IMG/VR virus record: IMGVR_UViG_3300046167_000027
Span: 1-53,900 of that record
Direction: 5' to 3' (one strand)
DNA length: 53,900 nt
Origin: a virus
Lineage: Duplodnaviria > Caudoviricetes
Positions 27,329 through 36,248 of the stretch are shown here, one piece after another; the stretch's first letter is position 1; the number at the start of each line of letters is the position of its first letter. The position numbers and the translations under genes are program-made. The notes under the pieces were generated by a model. The model saw only the letters and a list, made by a program, of their open reading frames with translations, was not told where the DNA came from and ran no database searches.

Positions 27329-29347
27329 ATGCAATTAAATCAATTACCTGAAGAAGCACAGATGACATTAGCACGTAAGCTAGGGTATGATGGGAAGAAA
27401 GAAGGTTTCCCTGCGTATCTAATGTCTAATAGACGTGTTGCTGATAAGTATGCACAACTAGAAAATGCATTTCAGGCACAACAAAAAAGAAAGTCAGGTA
27501 TGTCAGACACAGGTATGGCTGAAGGTGGCTATATGATGGAAAGGTTTGCACAGAATCAACAGCAAGATATGGTAGGAGGTTACGTACCACCACCTAAACA
27601 ATCATTTGCTGTAGGTGGAACTCCTGTTAGTGTAACACCAACTCCTACTGTACCTAATCAACCTGCTGTATATGACCCTAATGCTACCATAGGTGATATA
27701 TCTACACAGATGACTGTTGCTCCTGCCTTACCTCAAGGTGCAGAAGTACAGACAGTAATGACTACTCCTACTACAGACCAGATGTTACAGGCAGATGTAG
27801 GTCAGGTATCAGGACAAGTTGCATTACCTACAGCACAAGCAGGTACAACGACTGCAACACCACAGGTTACTACACAGGCTAATCAAGTACAAGCACAAGC
27901 TATATCACCTCAAGTAACTCAAGCTGTTAATACACTAGAAGCGGCTCAAGGAACTGTAGGTACGCAAGCACAATCAGTAGCACAGCAACAAACTACAAGC
28001 TCTGTATCTGATTTAACTGCAGCTCAAGGTGTAGCTACACAGATGGTTAACCCTGTACAAAGACAGATACAAGAGGGTGAATTAGTAACAGGTGCAGCTA
28101 ATGCAGAGACAGCATCTACATATGCTGAACAGATTCAAGCTGCTTCAGCTACTCCTACAGAAAAAGCTACAGTAGCAGGACAACTAGCAAGTCTTACTGC
28201 TAACTTTGATGCAAGTAATCCACCTGCATGGGCAGCAGGAACATTACGTGCTGTACAGGCACAGATGGCACAAAGAGGTTTAGGTGCATCTTCAATGGCA
28301 GGGCAAGCCATGATACAAGGTGCATTAGAATCTGCACTACCTATAGCACAAGCAGATGCACAGGTACAGGCTTCTTTTGAATCAGCTAATTTATCTAACA
28401 GACAACAGAGAGCAATGCTTGCAGCACAACAACGTGCAACCTTTATAGGGCAAGAGTTTGACCAAGAGTTTCAAGCAAGAGTACAGAACTCTGCTAAGAT
28501 AGCTGATATAGCTAATAGAAACTTTACTGCTGAACAACAAGTAGCTTTAGAGAACTCTCGTTCTGCTCAGACAATGAACTTGAACAACCTAACAAATAGA
28601 CAGGCTATTACTATGGCTGAAGCATCAGCACTAGCTAACTTAGATATGTCTAACTTAAGTAATAGACAACAGTCTGCTGTACAAAATGCACAGTCATTCT
28701 TACAAATGGATATGGCTAACTTATCTAATCAACAACAGATGGATATGTTTGCAGGACAGCAACAAGTACAGTCAATGTTTACAGACCAAGCTGCTGAAAA
28801 TGCTAGTAGACAATTTAATGCTACATCACAGAATCAAGTAGACCAATTCTTTGCATCACTAGGTCAACAAGCTAATCAGTTTAATGCTACACAGATGAAC
28901 GCACAAGAGCAGTTTAATGCAGGTCAGGCTAATACAATAGAAAGATTTAATGCAGAGATTAATAATCAACGTGACCAATTTAATGCACAGAATCAAACAG
29001 TTATAGCACAGAGTAATGCCCAATGGAGAAGACAGTTAGCAACAGAAGCTACTGCTAATACTAATCGTGCGAACGAATTAAATGCACAGAATATATTAGG
29101 CATAAGTAATCAGGCTTACAATAATCTATGGCAGTACTATGGAGATACAATGGAGTGGGCATGGACATCGGCAGAAAATGAAAGAAGTCGTGTTATTGAA
29201 TTAGCAATGGCTCAACTACAAGCTGATAGTGCTACTAATATTCAATCAATGAAAGATGATACTGCATCTTCAACTGCATTTGGTAGTCTCATAGGTAAGT
29301 TTGTAACAGGCTCAATGTTTGGTGGAGGAGGAGGACTCTTTGGATAA
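27329..29347 (+). CDS. Internal virion (ejection) protein, Gln/Ala/Asn-rich
   Basis: RGLGASSMAG; QFNA 11-residue repeats; position after the tail genes. Confidence 0.7.
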   Translation: MQLNQLPEEAQMTLARKLGYDGKKEGFPAYLMSNRRVADKYAQLENAFQAQQKRKSGMSDTGMAEGGYMMERFAQNQQQDMVGGYVPPPKQSFAVGGTPVSVTPTPTVPNQPAVYDPNATIGDISTQMTVAPALPQGAEVQTVMTTPTTDQMLQADVGQVSGQVALPTAQAGTTTATPQVTTQANQVQAQAISPQVTQAVNTLEAAQGTVGTQAQSVAQQQTTSSVSDLTAAQGVATQMVNPVQRQIQEGELVTGAANAETASTYAEQIQAASATPTEKATVAGQLASLTANFDASNPPAWAAGTLRAVQAQMAQRGLGASSMAGQAMIQGALESALPIAQADAQVQASFESANLSNRQQRAMLAAQQRATFIGQEFDQEFQARVQNSAKIADIANRNFTAEQQVALENSRSAQTMNLNNLTNRQAITMAEASALANLDMSNLSNRQQSAVQNAQSFLQMDMANLSNQQQMDMFAGQQQVQSMFTDQAAENASRQFNATSQNQVDQFFASLGQQANQFNATQMNAQEQFNAGQANTIERFNAEINNQRDQFNAQNQTVIAQSNAQWRRQLATEATANTNRANELNAQNILGISNQAYNNLWQYYGDTMEWAWTSAENERSRVIELAMAQLQADSATNIQSMKDDTASSTAFGSLIGKFVTGSMFGGGGGLFG

Positions 29348-29531
29348 TAACCCAGCTATAGGTATTTATAGAAAGATACAAGAACAAAAAGAAGAACCTA
29401 AGAAAGATATGTCAGGTGGTCTACTAACACGTAGTAATTCAATTAAGCGTATAGGTAAGACTGACCCTAAGACAGAAGTAGCTATGCGTGTAGCTAGATA
29501 TGTAAATAATATAAGGAATTATAATGCCTGA
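29319..29531 (+). CDS. Small hypothetical protein (start may be ~29340)
   Basis: ORF filling the gap in the operon. Confidence 0.55.
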   Translation: MVEEEDSLDNNPAIGIYRKIQEQKEEPKKDMSGGLLTRSNSIKRIGKTDPKTEVAMRVARYVNNIRNYNA

Positions 29532-30024
29532 AGCACCACAGCCATCATTAAATAGACCTATGCCCGGGCAACATTTAACATCAGAGTTAGGTGGCAGACC
29601 TTGGCAATCACCACCACAGTATGCAACAGTAGATGATGCAATGGATTGGTACTTAGAACGATTTGATAGCCAAGAAGTAGTTGAAGAACTTATGGCTGTA
29701 CTAGAAAGTGGTATACCTATTAGTACTATAGCTAACTCTATGCAGTTAGGTGCAGTTTTACAAGGAGTACACAGCATAGATGTAGGTGTATTAGTTATGC
29801 CTATCCTCATAGAGATGATGAAATATTTAGCAGAAAAGACTGATACTAATTATAAGATGGGTGACGAGCCTGAAGATACAGATAGACCTAGTGATGCAGT
29901 AATGACATCAGCACTCAACGAATTAAAGAATCAGCAAGAAGGCTCTATGGAAACAGAGCCAATGGAAGAACAGGAAGAAGAACCAATGACTGAACAATCA
30001 GGTCTAATGGCAAGGAGAGCTTAA
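29524..30024 (+). CDS. Conserved virion-associated protein
   Basis: PMPGQHLT...PWQSPPQY; acidic tail ending GLMARRA. Confidence 0.75.
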   Translation: MPEAPQPSLNRPMPGQHLTSELGGRPWQSPPQYATVDDAMDWYLERFDSQEVVEELMAVLESGIPISTIANSMQLGAVLQGVHSIDVGVLVMPILIEMMKYLAEKTDTNYKMGDEPEDTDRPSDAVMTSALNELKNQQEGSMETEPMEEQEEEPMTEQSGLMARRA

Positions 30025-31307
30025 TGGGTTTTAACTTTATGGCAGCTCTAGGTGGAGCAGCAGACCAAATAACAAAAGATATAGAGACACAAGAGAATGA
30101 AGTAAAGCTTCGTACTCGGACTATACTTGACCGGCACGTAGCTGAAACTGCAGCTAATAGAAAAGAATATAAAGCCAATAAAAAGAAAGTGCAAGAGCAA
30201 CTTAATTCTATTGTATCTTACTTTGGTGATGACCCTGACAGATGGAATAAAGCTAGAGCTATTGTAGCAGGTGGTGATGCTCATGTAGCTAAGATGTCAC
30301 AATACTTTGCTAAAGCACAGGACAATAAGCAAGATGTAAACGAGATATACAAACTTACTAAGAGTGAGAGTGATGTAGGACTTACAGGTATTGAAGACAC
30401 TACTAACAGTCTTGTACAAATGGCACAGATTGCACAGCCTTCTTTTGGTAAGAAGGGTGAAACAGAATCAGCTTTTGGTTTAGATATGGGTACTACTATG
30501 TACAGAAATATGTATGCTAAAGCTAGAAAGCAGTATGTAGAATCAGGTCTTCTAGATGCAGTACCTACAGCTACAGAAACAGGTGCTACATATGGTTCAG
30601 GCACATTAGATTTAAGCAAGATAAATACAGATGCTAAATCAATAGACCAACAAAAGGCTAACATACTTAATGACTTAACTAATTATGAAGTGGGTACTCC
30701 TGAGCACGATGCAGCTCTAAAGAAGCAAGCAACTCTTAATGAGTTTGAAGAGAGTAATAGCCTAGCTTTAAAGATAGCTAAAGAACAAAATAAAACTAAA
30801 GGTGAAGCTACTCGTAGTTTTTATATGACAACATTAAAGAATGGTCTACTAGGAATAGAGAATAAATTTAAAGAAGCCATAGTAAATGGTCCTGATGGAA
30901 AACCTATAGAAGACCCTGCTGAGAAATCAAAGTTTAAACAACAGAGTATAAAAAAATATAAGACTGACTTTGTCAATGACTTGTTAAGAAATCCGGGTGG
31001 TTTAAGTTCTAATGGCTTAGACGTTATACAAGCTGACCCTGAATTAAATGATATTTATAATAGTATAATGAAGAAAGAACAGGATAGAATAAAAGGTACA
31101 GCACAGAAAGAACAAGCACAAAAGATAGTATCTGAAAATAAAAGTGTAAATATAAATGTAGTTAAACAGCTAAGAAATATAAAGGCAGACATGACTAAAG
31201 AACAATTAAAGAAGTTTATACTACAGGCATACCCAAAAGTTGAGGGTATAAGTGTAGAGAATCATGTTGCAAATATAAATAAGCTAATAGAAGAAGCATA
31301 TAAATAA
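30024..31307 (+). CDS. Putative internal virion protein
   Basis: MGFNFMAALGGAA start; helical; TAATG coupling. Confidence 0.7.
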   Translation: MGFNFMAALGGAADQITKDIETQENEVKLRTRTILDRHVAETAANRKEYKANKKKVQEQLNSIVSYFGDDPDRWNKARAIVAGGDAHVAKMSQYFAKAQDNKQDVNEIYKLTKSESDVGLTGIEDTTNSLVQMAQIAQPSFGKKGETESAFGLDMGTTMYRNMYAKARKQYVESGLLDAVPTATETGATYGSGTLDLSKINTDAKSIDQQKANILNDLTNYEVGTPEHDAALKKQATLNEFEESNSLALKIAKEQNKTKGEATRSFYMTTLKNGLLGIENKFKEAIVNGPDGKPIEDPAEKSKFKQQSIKKYKTDFVNDLLRNPGGLSSNGLDVIQADPELNDIYNSIMKKEQDRIKGTAQKEQAQKIVSENKSVNINVVKQLRNIKADMTKEQLKKFILQAYPKVEGISVENHVANINKLIEEAYK

Positions 31308-34300
31308 TGGTAGAAAAAGATATATATTCTATCTTCGACCAAGAGGAAGAAGAGGAAGAGAATAATATCATATCCTCTAGTAGTAGCTCTGTTACTCAAG
31401 AAGATACTAAAGATGATATGTATTCTATCTTTGACTCACAAGAAGAAGAGACTGTAGAAGAAGCTGAAACAGTTAAAGATACTTCTGACTCCGATACTCC
31501 CACCCCAATGAATGAACTATACACAAAGGCAGATGACGTAGAGTATGCTGAAGAAACGTATGGTGATACCAAGAAAACAAAAAGCTATGATGAGTTTGTA
31601 AAGGATAAGAAGTTCCTGTCCACTGCTAATGAATATATGATAGCTAGGTTTGGTGAGGACAAAGGACAACGAGAAGGTGAATCTGATTCAGAGTTTACTG
31701 ACAGGTTTATAGAACACTATCGTAACGTTAATGCTAATACATTAGACCTTATGGGTCAAGTGGATTGGACTCGTAGTGCTAATGAAAAAGATAAAGCTAA
31801 CTTCGGTGCTTTGTTTCGTGACATGGAACGTCTGCCTTCATTCTATGAAGAAGGTGGTACTAGTTCCTTTGATGCTATCATGGACTACGGTGGAGCATTA
31901 TTAACTGACCCCCTTACATATCTAGGTTTTGGTGCAGGTGCTGTTGCTAAGTTTGGTGCAACTAGTGCTGCAAAGAAACTATTACTATCAGGTGCTACTA
32001 AAGCAGAAGTTAAAAGACAATCAATGAAGCTTGGCTTAAAAGCTGCGGCTAAACCTCTTGCTGTAGAAGTTGCGGCAGGTGCAGGTGAAGGTGCGTACTT
32101 TGCTAGTGCTGGTTCAGAGATAGATGTAGCTGCTAATCTTCGTGATGAAAAAGCAGGTGCAGAAGAAATGCTATTGAGTGGTGCTCTAGTAGGTGGTGCT
32201 GTAGGTGTATTAGGTGGTGTCGGAGCACTAGGTATAGGTAAGCTTGGTGTTGCAGGTGCTGAACGTTCTATTAAGCTACAGAAACAAGCTAAAGAATCCT
32301 TACTTAAAAAGAGAGCAGAGAAACTTAAAGCAGATGGTGCAACATCTAAAGAGATAGCAGATGCACACGACCCATTTAAAGAGATAGAAGCAGACAAGGC
32401 TATACTAGAAGGCAGAGAAATACTAGATGCCTTAGACCCTAAGACAGACTTAACACAAGCAAGCTTACAACCGGAACTAACTAAACGTGTAGCTAAAATA
32501 GCTACTGAAGTATTCAAGTCTATATCTAAGGATAAAGGTGAGCAAGCTGAAGCTTTTATGAAGCCATACTTAGAGGGCAATAAAAATGCATCAACTGCCA
32601 TAGCAGAGATACTTGCTAATCTAAATGCTGAAGGTGTAAAGATTGTAGACCAAGAAGTATTAGATGGTGCATTGGCTCGTGCAGGTTTAAACCAAGAGCA
32701 GTTTGCTAAGATAACTATGACATCTATAAGTGATGCAGGTAAGACACTTACTACAGCTAGTCCGTTAGGTAAGTTTATTAAAAGCCTACGTGAAGCTGAC
32801 CCTGAATTAGTTAAAGAGTTTGATAAAAAGTTTGGTAAGAATGAAGTTACTACAGGTATTATGGGTAATGCCTATGACTTTATGCAAAGACTAGACCGTG
32901 AACGTAGAGCCTTAATGGTTACACAAGTAGCCACTACAGTTCGTAACGTAGCTACAGGTGTGATGAGAGTTGGCTTTGAAGCAGGTGCAAACCTAGTAGA
33001 ATCTTCTATATATAATATAGGAAGAGGTGTACAGAGTGCAGCTAAAGGTGAGTTCAGTGCTAGTGGTATTCAAAAGGGTATGAAAGATGTATTCTATGAT
33101 ACCACAGATACATTACTACGTACCATAGATGGCTTTGAGTCCAAAGAATTAACTGAAGGTTTACTTAAGTATAACCCTGCATTGCTACGTCAGATAGACA
33201 GGTCTATGCAAGAGGTGACAGGTAATCAATCTTTATCTAAAACTACTAGATGGCTTAATGGCTTGAACATGGCACAGGATAAGTTGTTTAGAAGAGCAGT
33301 GTTTACAGCATCTTTAGATAAACAACTTAGAAGAATGGGTACTAATGTAAGAGAAGTTATTGCAGATGGTAGACCCTTACCTACAAAACAATTACAACAA
33401 GCAACAGAAGATGCCTTGTACTTTACATTCTCACGTGAGCCTAACAAAGGTGGTGGTAAAGTTGGAGACACACTAGGTAGTTTATTTGTAAAGGTTAACG
33501 AAGCAGTTGGTCCTCTTCCGGGATTACTAAATATACCTATTGGTACAGGTGCATTTCCATATGCTAGATTTATGGTTAATGCTATGCAGTTTAACTTACA
33601 GTATTCCCCGGGTAGTGTGATTGGTGCATTTAATAGTGGTACTAAAGGACTATACAATGTATTTAAGAATAGAAAGTTACAAGACCAAGAGATAAAAGAC
33701 TTAGCAGGAAGACAATTTACAGAAGCTAGAGAGAGATTAGGTAGAGGTATTGTTGGTAGTGCTGCTATGTTTGCGGCTTATAAACACCGTAAGGATTCAC
33801 AGAATGATGGTACTAAATGGTATGAAGCTAAGACAGACGATGGTAGAACTACAGACTTAAGACCATTCTTTCCATTAGCACCCTATCTATTAGTAGGTGA
33901 ACTGCTAGTTAAGTTTGAGAATGGTGACTTGAATGGTATGTCAGGTAAGGAAGCACTTGAAGGATATACAGGTGCTATGTTTAGAGGTGGTTCTAGTTCA
34001 TACTTAATTGATAATCTATTTCAAACTATAGGTAGTGAAGAAGGTGTAGATAGTTTAACAGGTGAAAAGATAGCTGAATATATGAGTGGTTATCTAGGTG
34101 AATTAGTAGGTGGTGCGTTTACCCCACTTAAAGTATTAAATGATATTGATGCTGCCTTTGATGTTGAAGCTGCTTATGTAAGAGATGCTAAACAAATAGA
34201 AGGATTTGGTGGTGTTGATAGAGGTATTGATTCATTTAAAAATGCTGCCACTAGAAACATGCCATACTTATCTAGACTATTACCTGTAGTAGAATCAGCT

Positions 34301-34834
34301 ACTCGTGAAGGTCCTATCATTAGGCAGAGTCCACTAGGCTCACAGCTAACAGGTCTAAGAAAAGAACAAGTACGTAATCCTGTAGAGTTAGAGTTAGTTA
34401 AATTTAATATGAAAAATTGGGATGTAATGCCCACAACAGGTAATAAACAAGCAGATGCCTATACTAAAAGATTTATGGGTAAGTTTGTAGAAAAGTATCT
34501 AGCTACTGAATTAGAATCGGAATACTATCAGGGTTTATCTAAAAACAGACAGAAGATAGCATTTAAAAACAAGTTATCTAAGTATAGAAAGTTAGCTAAA
34601 GAGTTTGCTAAAGCAATCGCAGTAGGTGAAGAGAAGGCTAAAGGAAAAGCTTACACCCCATTCGATAGGGTAGAGTGGAATAAATTAGGTAGTGATAAAC
34701 GACAACTAGCCGATGAATATTATTTAGGTAAGTATGGTAAAACCATAATGGAAATGCAGGAAACAGAGCCTAATAAGAATCACTTAATGATAGGCAAGAT
34801 TCTTGGTAAAGCTTTAGTTAAGCCTTACCAATAA
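31307..34834 (+). CDS. Large internal virion/ejection protein
   Basis: 1175 aa, last late gene; LTDPLTYLGFG plus a Gly/Ala-rich membrane-insertion-like segment. Confidence 0.75.
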   Translation: MVEKDIYSIFDQEEEEEENNIISSSSSSVTQEDTKDDMYSIFDSQEEETVEEAETVKDTSDSDTPTPMNELYTKADDVEYAEETYGDTKKTKSYDEFVKDKKFLSTANEYMIARFGEDKGQREGESDSEFTDRFIEHYRNVNANTLDLMGQVDWTRSANEKDKANFGALFRDMERLPSFYEEGGTSSFDAIMDYGGALLTDPLTYLGFGAGAVAKFGATSAAKKLLLSGATKAEVKRQSMKLGLKAAAKPLAVEVAAGAGEGAYFASAGSEIDVAANLRDEKAGAEEMLLSGALVGGAVGVLGGVGALGIGKLGVAGAERSIKLQKQAKESLLKKRAEKLKADGATSKEIADAHDPFKEIEADKAILEGREILDALDPKTDLTQASLQPELTKRVAKIATEVFKSISKDKGEQAEAFMKPYLEGNKNASTAIAEILANLNAEGVKIVDQEVLDGALARAGLNQEQFAKITMTSISDAGKTLTTASPLGKFIKSLREADPELVKEFDKKFGKNEVTTGIMGNAYDFMQRLDRERRALMVTQVATTVRNVATGVMRVGFEAGANLVESSIYNIGRGVQSAAKGEFSASGIQKGMKDVFYDTTDTLLRTIDGFESKELTEGLLKYNPALLRQIDRSMQEVTGNQSLSKTTRWLNGLNMAQDKLFRRAVFTASLDKQLRRMGTNVREVIADGRPLPTKQLQQATEDALYFTFSREPNKGGGKVGDTLGSLFVKVNEAVGPLPGLLNIPIGTGAFPYARFMVNAMQFNLQYSPGSVIGAFNSGTKGLYNVFKNRKLQDQEIKDLAGRQFTEARERLGRGIVGSAAMFAAYKHRKDSQNDGTKWYEAKTDDGRTTDLRPFFPLAPYLLVGELLVKFENGDLNGMSGKEALEGYTGAMFRGGSSSYLIDNLFQTIGSEEGVDSLTGEKIAEYMSGYLGELVGGAFTPLKVLNDIDAAFDVEAAYVRDAKQIEGFGGVDRGIDSFKNAATRNMPYLSRLLPVVESATREGPIIRQSPLGSQLTGLRKEQVRNPVELELVKFNMKNWDVMPTTGNKQADAYTKRFMGKFVEKYLATELESEYYQGLSKNRQKIAFKNKLSKYRKLAKEFAKAIAVGEEKAKGKAYTPFDRVEWNKLGSDKRQLADEYYLGKYGKTIMEMQETEPNKNHLMIGKILGKALVKPYQ

Positions 34835-34845
34835 ACCTAGTGACT

Positions 34846-35238
34846 TTATCTATCGTCACCTGAACCATGTAGTTTTCCACGTTCTTTCCTGTCATGTAAC
34901 TTTCTCAAGTTCTCTTGCATAATAGTGTTCAAGGGAACTCCAACTTCCTTTGCCATCATAGCACAATACCAAAGGACGTCACCTATCTCTGATGCTATGG
35001 CAAGTTTCTTTACTTCAAAGTCTTCCTCATCAGCACCATCACGTATAAGTTTCTTTACCTTCCCTGCTACCTCACCTGCTTCACTTGTCATACCTAATGC
35101 TAAGTACTCTAGTGCTTTGTCTTTAGGAAAGATAGCAGTCCATCCTGCTAGTTTTTCATACAGGTCAGGTGTTATAACTTCATTTATAAACAACTTATCC
35201 TGCATGTATTTTCTCGCTTCTTCTTCTATCTTCTGCAT
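34846..35238 (-). CDS. mazG: MazG-like NTP pyrophosphohydrolase
   Basis: LGMTSEAGEV...EIGDVLWY...NLRKL.DRKERG...GSGDDR. Confidence 0.9.
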   Translation of the reverse strand: MQKIEEEARKYMQDKLFINEVITPDLYEKLAGWTAIFPKDKALEYLALGMTSEAGEVAGKVKKLIRDGADEEDFEVKKLAIASEIGDVLWYCAMMAKEVGVPLNTIMQENLRKLHDRKERGKLHGSGDDR

Positions 35239-35467
35239 GTTTAACCTTCTTTAATTGCTGTGCATATGCAGAGTTATATCCACGTGACCACTCTCGTGAC
35301 TGCATGGTGTTAGAGTTATAAGGGTTCTCTGTCATAATAACCTTATTACCTTTGACAGTTTTTACATACTGTCTACCCTTGAAAGCATTGAAACCCCTCT
35401 CGAATTGTATTCGTAAGGGAGCATCATACTTACTTAGATTTGGATTCCTTTTCTTTCTGTGTTGCAT
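35195..35467 (-). CDS. Rmf/CrpP-fold-like small protein
   Basis: FERGFNAF...NPY...QSREWSRGY resembles RMF RGYxAG...CPY...WLGGW. Confidence 0.5.
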   Translation of the reverse strand: MQHRKKRNPNLSKYDAPLRIQFERGFNAFKGRQYVKTVKGNKVIMTENPYNSNTMQSREWSRGYNSAYAQQLKKVKHAEDRRRSEKIHAG

Positions 35468-35678
35468 CCTCTTGTCTCCTTTCAAAGTACTTTACTAGTA
35501 CGTTTAGTTTACCATTAGCATTTTCTAATGCGGCGAGTTCTTTATCTATAGTATCAATTATAGTAGGGTGGTCTCCCACCCCAACAGGATTGGTCATCAT
35601 AACTTCTACGTTAGCTATGTGACCATTCATTTCTCCTAGTAGTTTAGTCTTTAATGCTTGTATTATCATTTCTCTCAT
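35430..35678 (-). CDS. Hypothetical protein
   Basis: NPVGVGDHP motif; in operon. Confidence 0.75.
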   Translation of the reverse strand: MREMIIQALKTKLLGEMNGHIANVEVMMTNPVGVGDHPTIIDTIDKELAALENANGKLNVLVKYFERRQEDATQKEKESKSK

Positions 35679-36094
35679 GCTTCAACTCCCTTAAATGTTT
35701 TGATAACATCAGACGAGAACAACTTTTGTAAGCTAACTAAGTACATCTTACTTGCTTTGTTATCTCCCCCTGATACCCATTTCTTTGTGTCAAGCTTGTC
35801 AATAATCTTTTTTAAACTCTTGACATCAAAGACTAATGTGCAGAATGTCTCCTCTCCTACACACAGATTATGAAACCAATAGTCAGATTCAGTAGCGGCA
35901 ATTCCACTAGGTTTACCATAGCTTTCAAACTCGATAGCTATATTACCTGTTCTCTGCCACATACCTCTCTCACTTTTGACTTCTATCTTCTTATCCTGTA
36001 GCATCTCTGCTACTTGTTTCTCTCTTACTTTACCATACTCTAGGTCTATGTCAAACTTTTTTCTGTTCTCTTTACTTGGTGCTAGGTTTTCCAT
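35675..36094 (-). CDS. PD-(D/E)xK-like nuclease-fold protein
   Basis: FDIDL..G...E...IEVKSE...TGNIAIE...PSGI..T..DYW. Confidence 0.6.
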   Translation of the reverse strand: MENLAPSKENRKKFDIDLEYGKVREKQVAEMLQDKKIEVKSERGMWQRTGNIAIEFESYGKPSGIAATESDYWFHNLCVGEETFCTLVFDVKSLKKIIDKLDTKKWVSGGDNKASKMYLVSLQKLFSSDVIKTFKGVEA

Positions 36095-36248
36095 TTGTAA
36101 TTCCCTTTCTCTTAGGCTTTAAGTGTAATAGTTCTCGTATATGTAGCTTCCTACCTTTAAAGAACACAATTAAGTTTATTGTAGTGTTGATGGAAATGGC
36201 TATTAATAACCACCATTGCCACCAAAGTAACTCACTACCTTCTATCAT
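36072..36248 (-). CDS. 58-aa membrane protein
   Basis: MIEGSELLWWQWWLLIAISINTTINLIVFF...; start overlaps the nrdJ stop. Confidence 0.6.
   Translation of the reverse strand: MIEGSELLWWQWWLLIAISINTTINLIVFFKGRKLHIRELLHLKPKRKGITNGKPSTK

Noticed and set aside
34834-34846. Bidirectional terminator at the convergence of the two arms
   Set aside because: The gap is only 11 bp and no convincing stem-loop was seen
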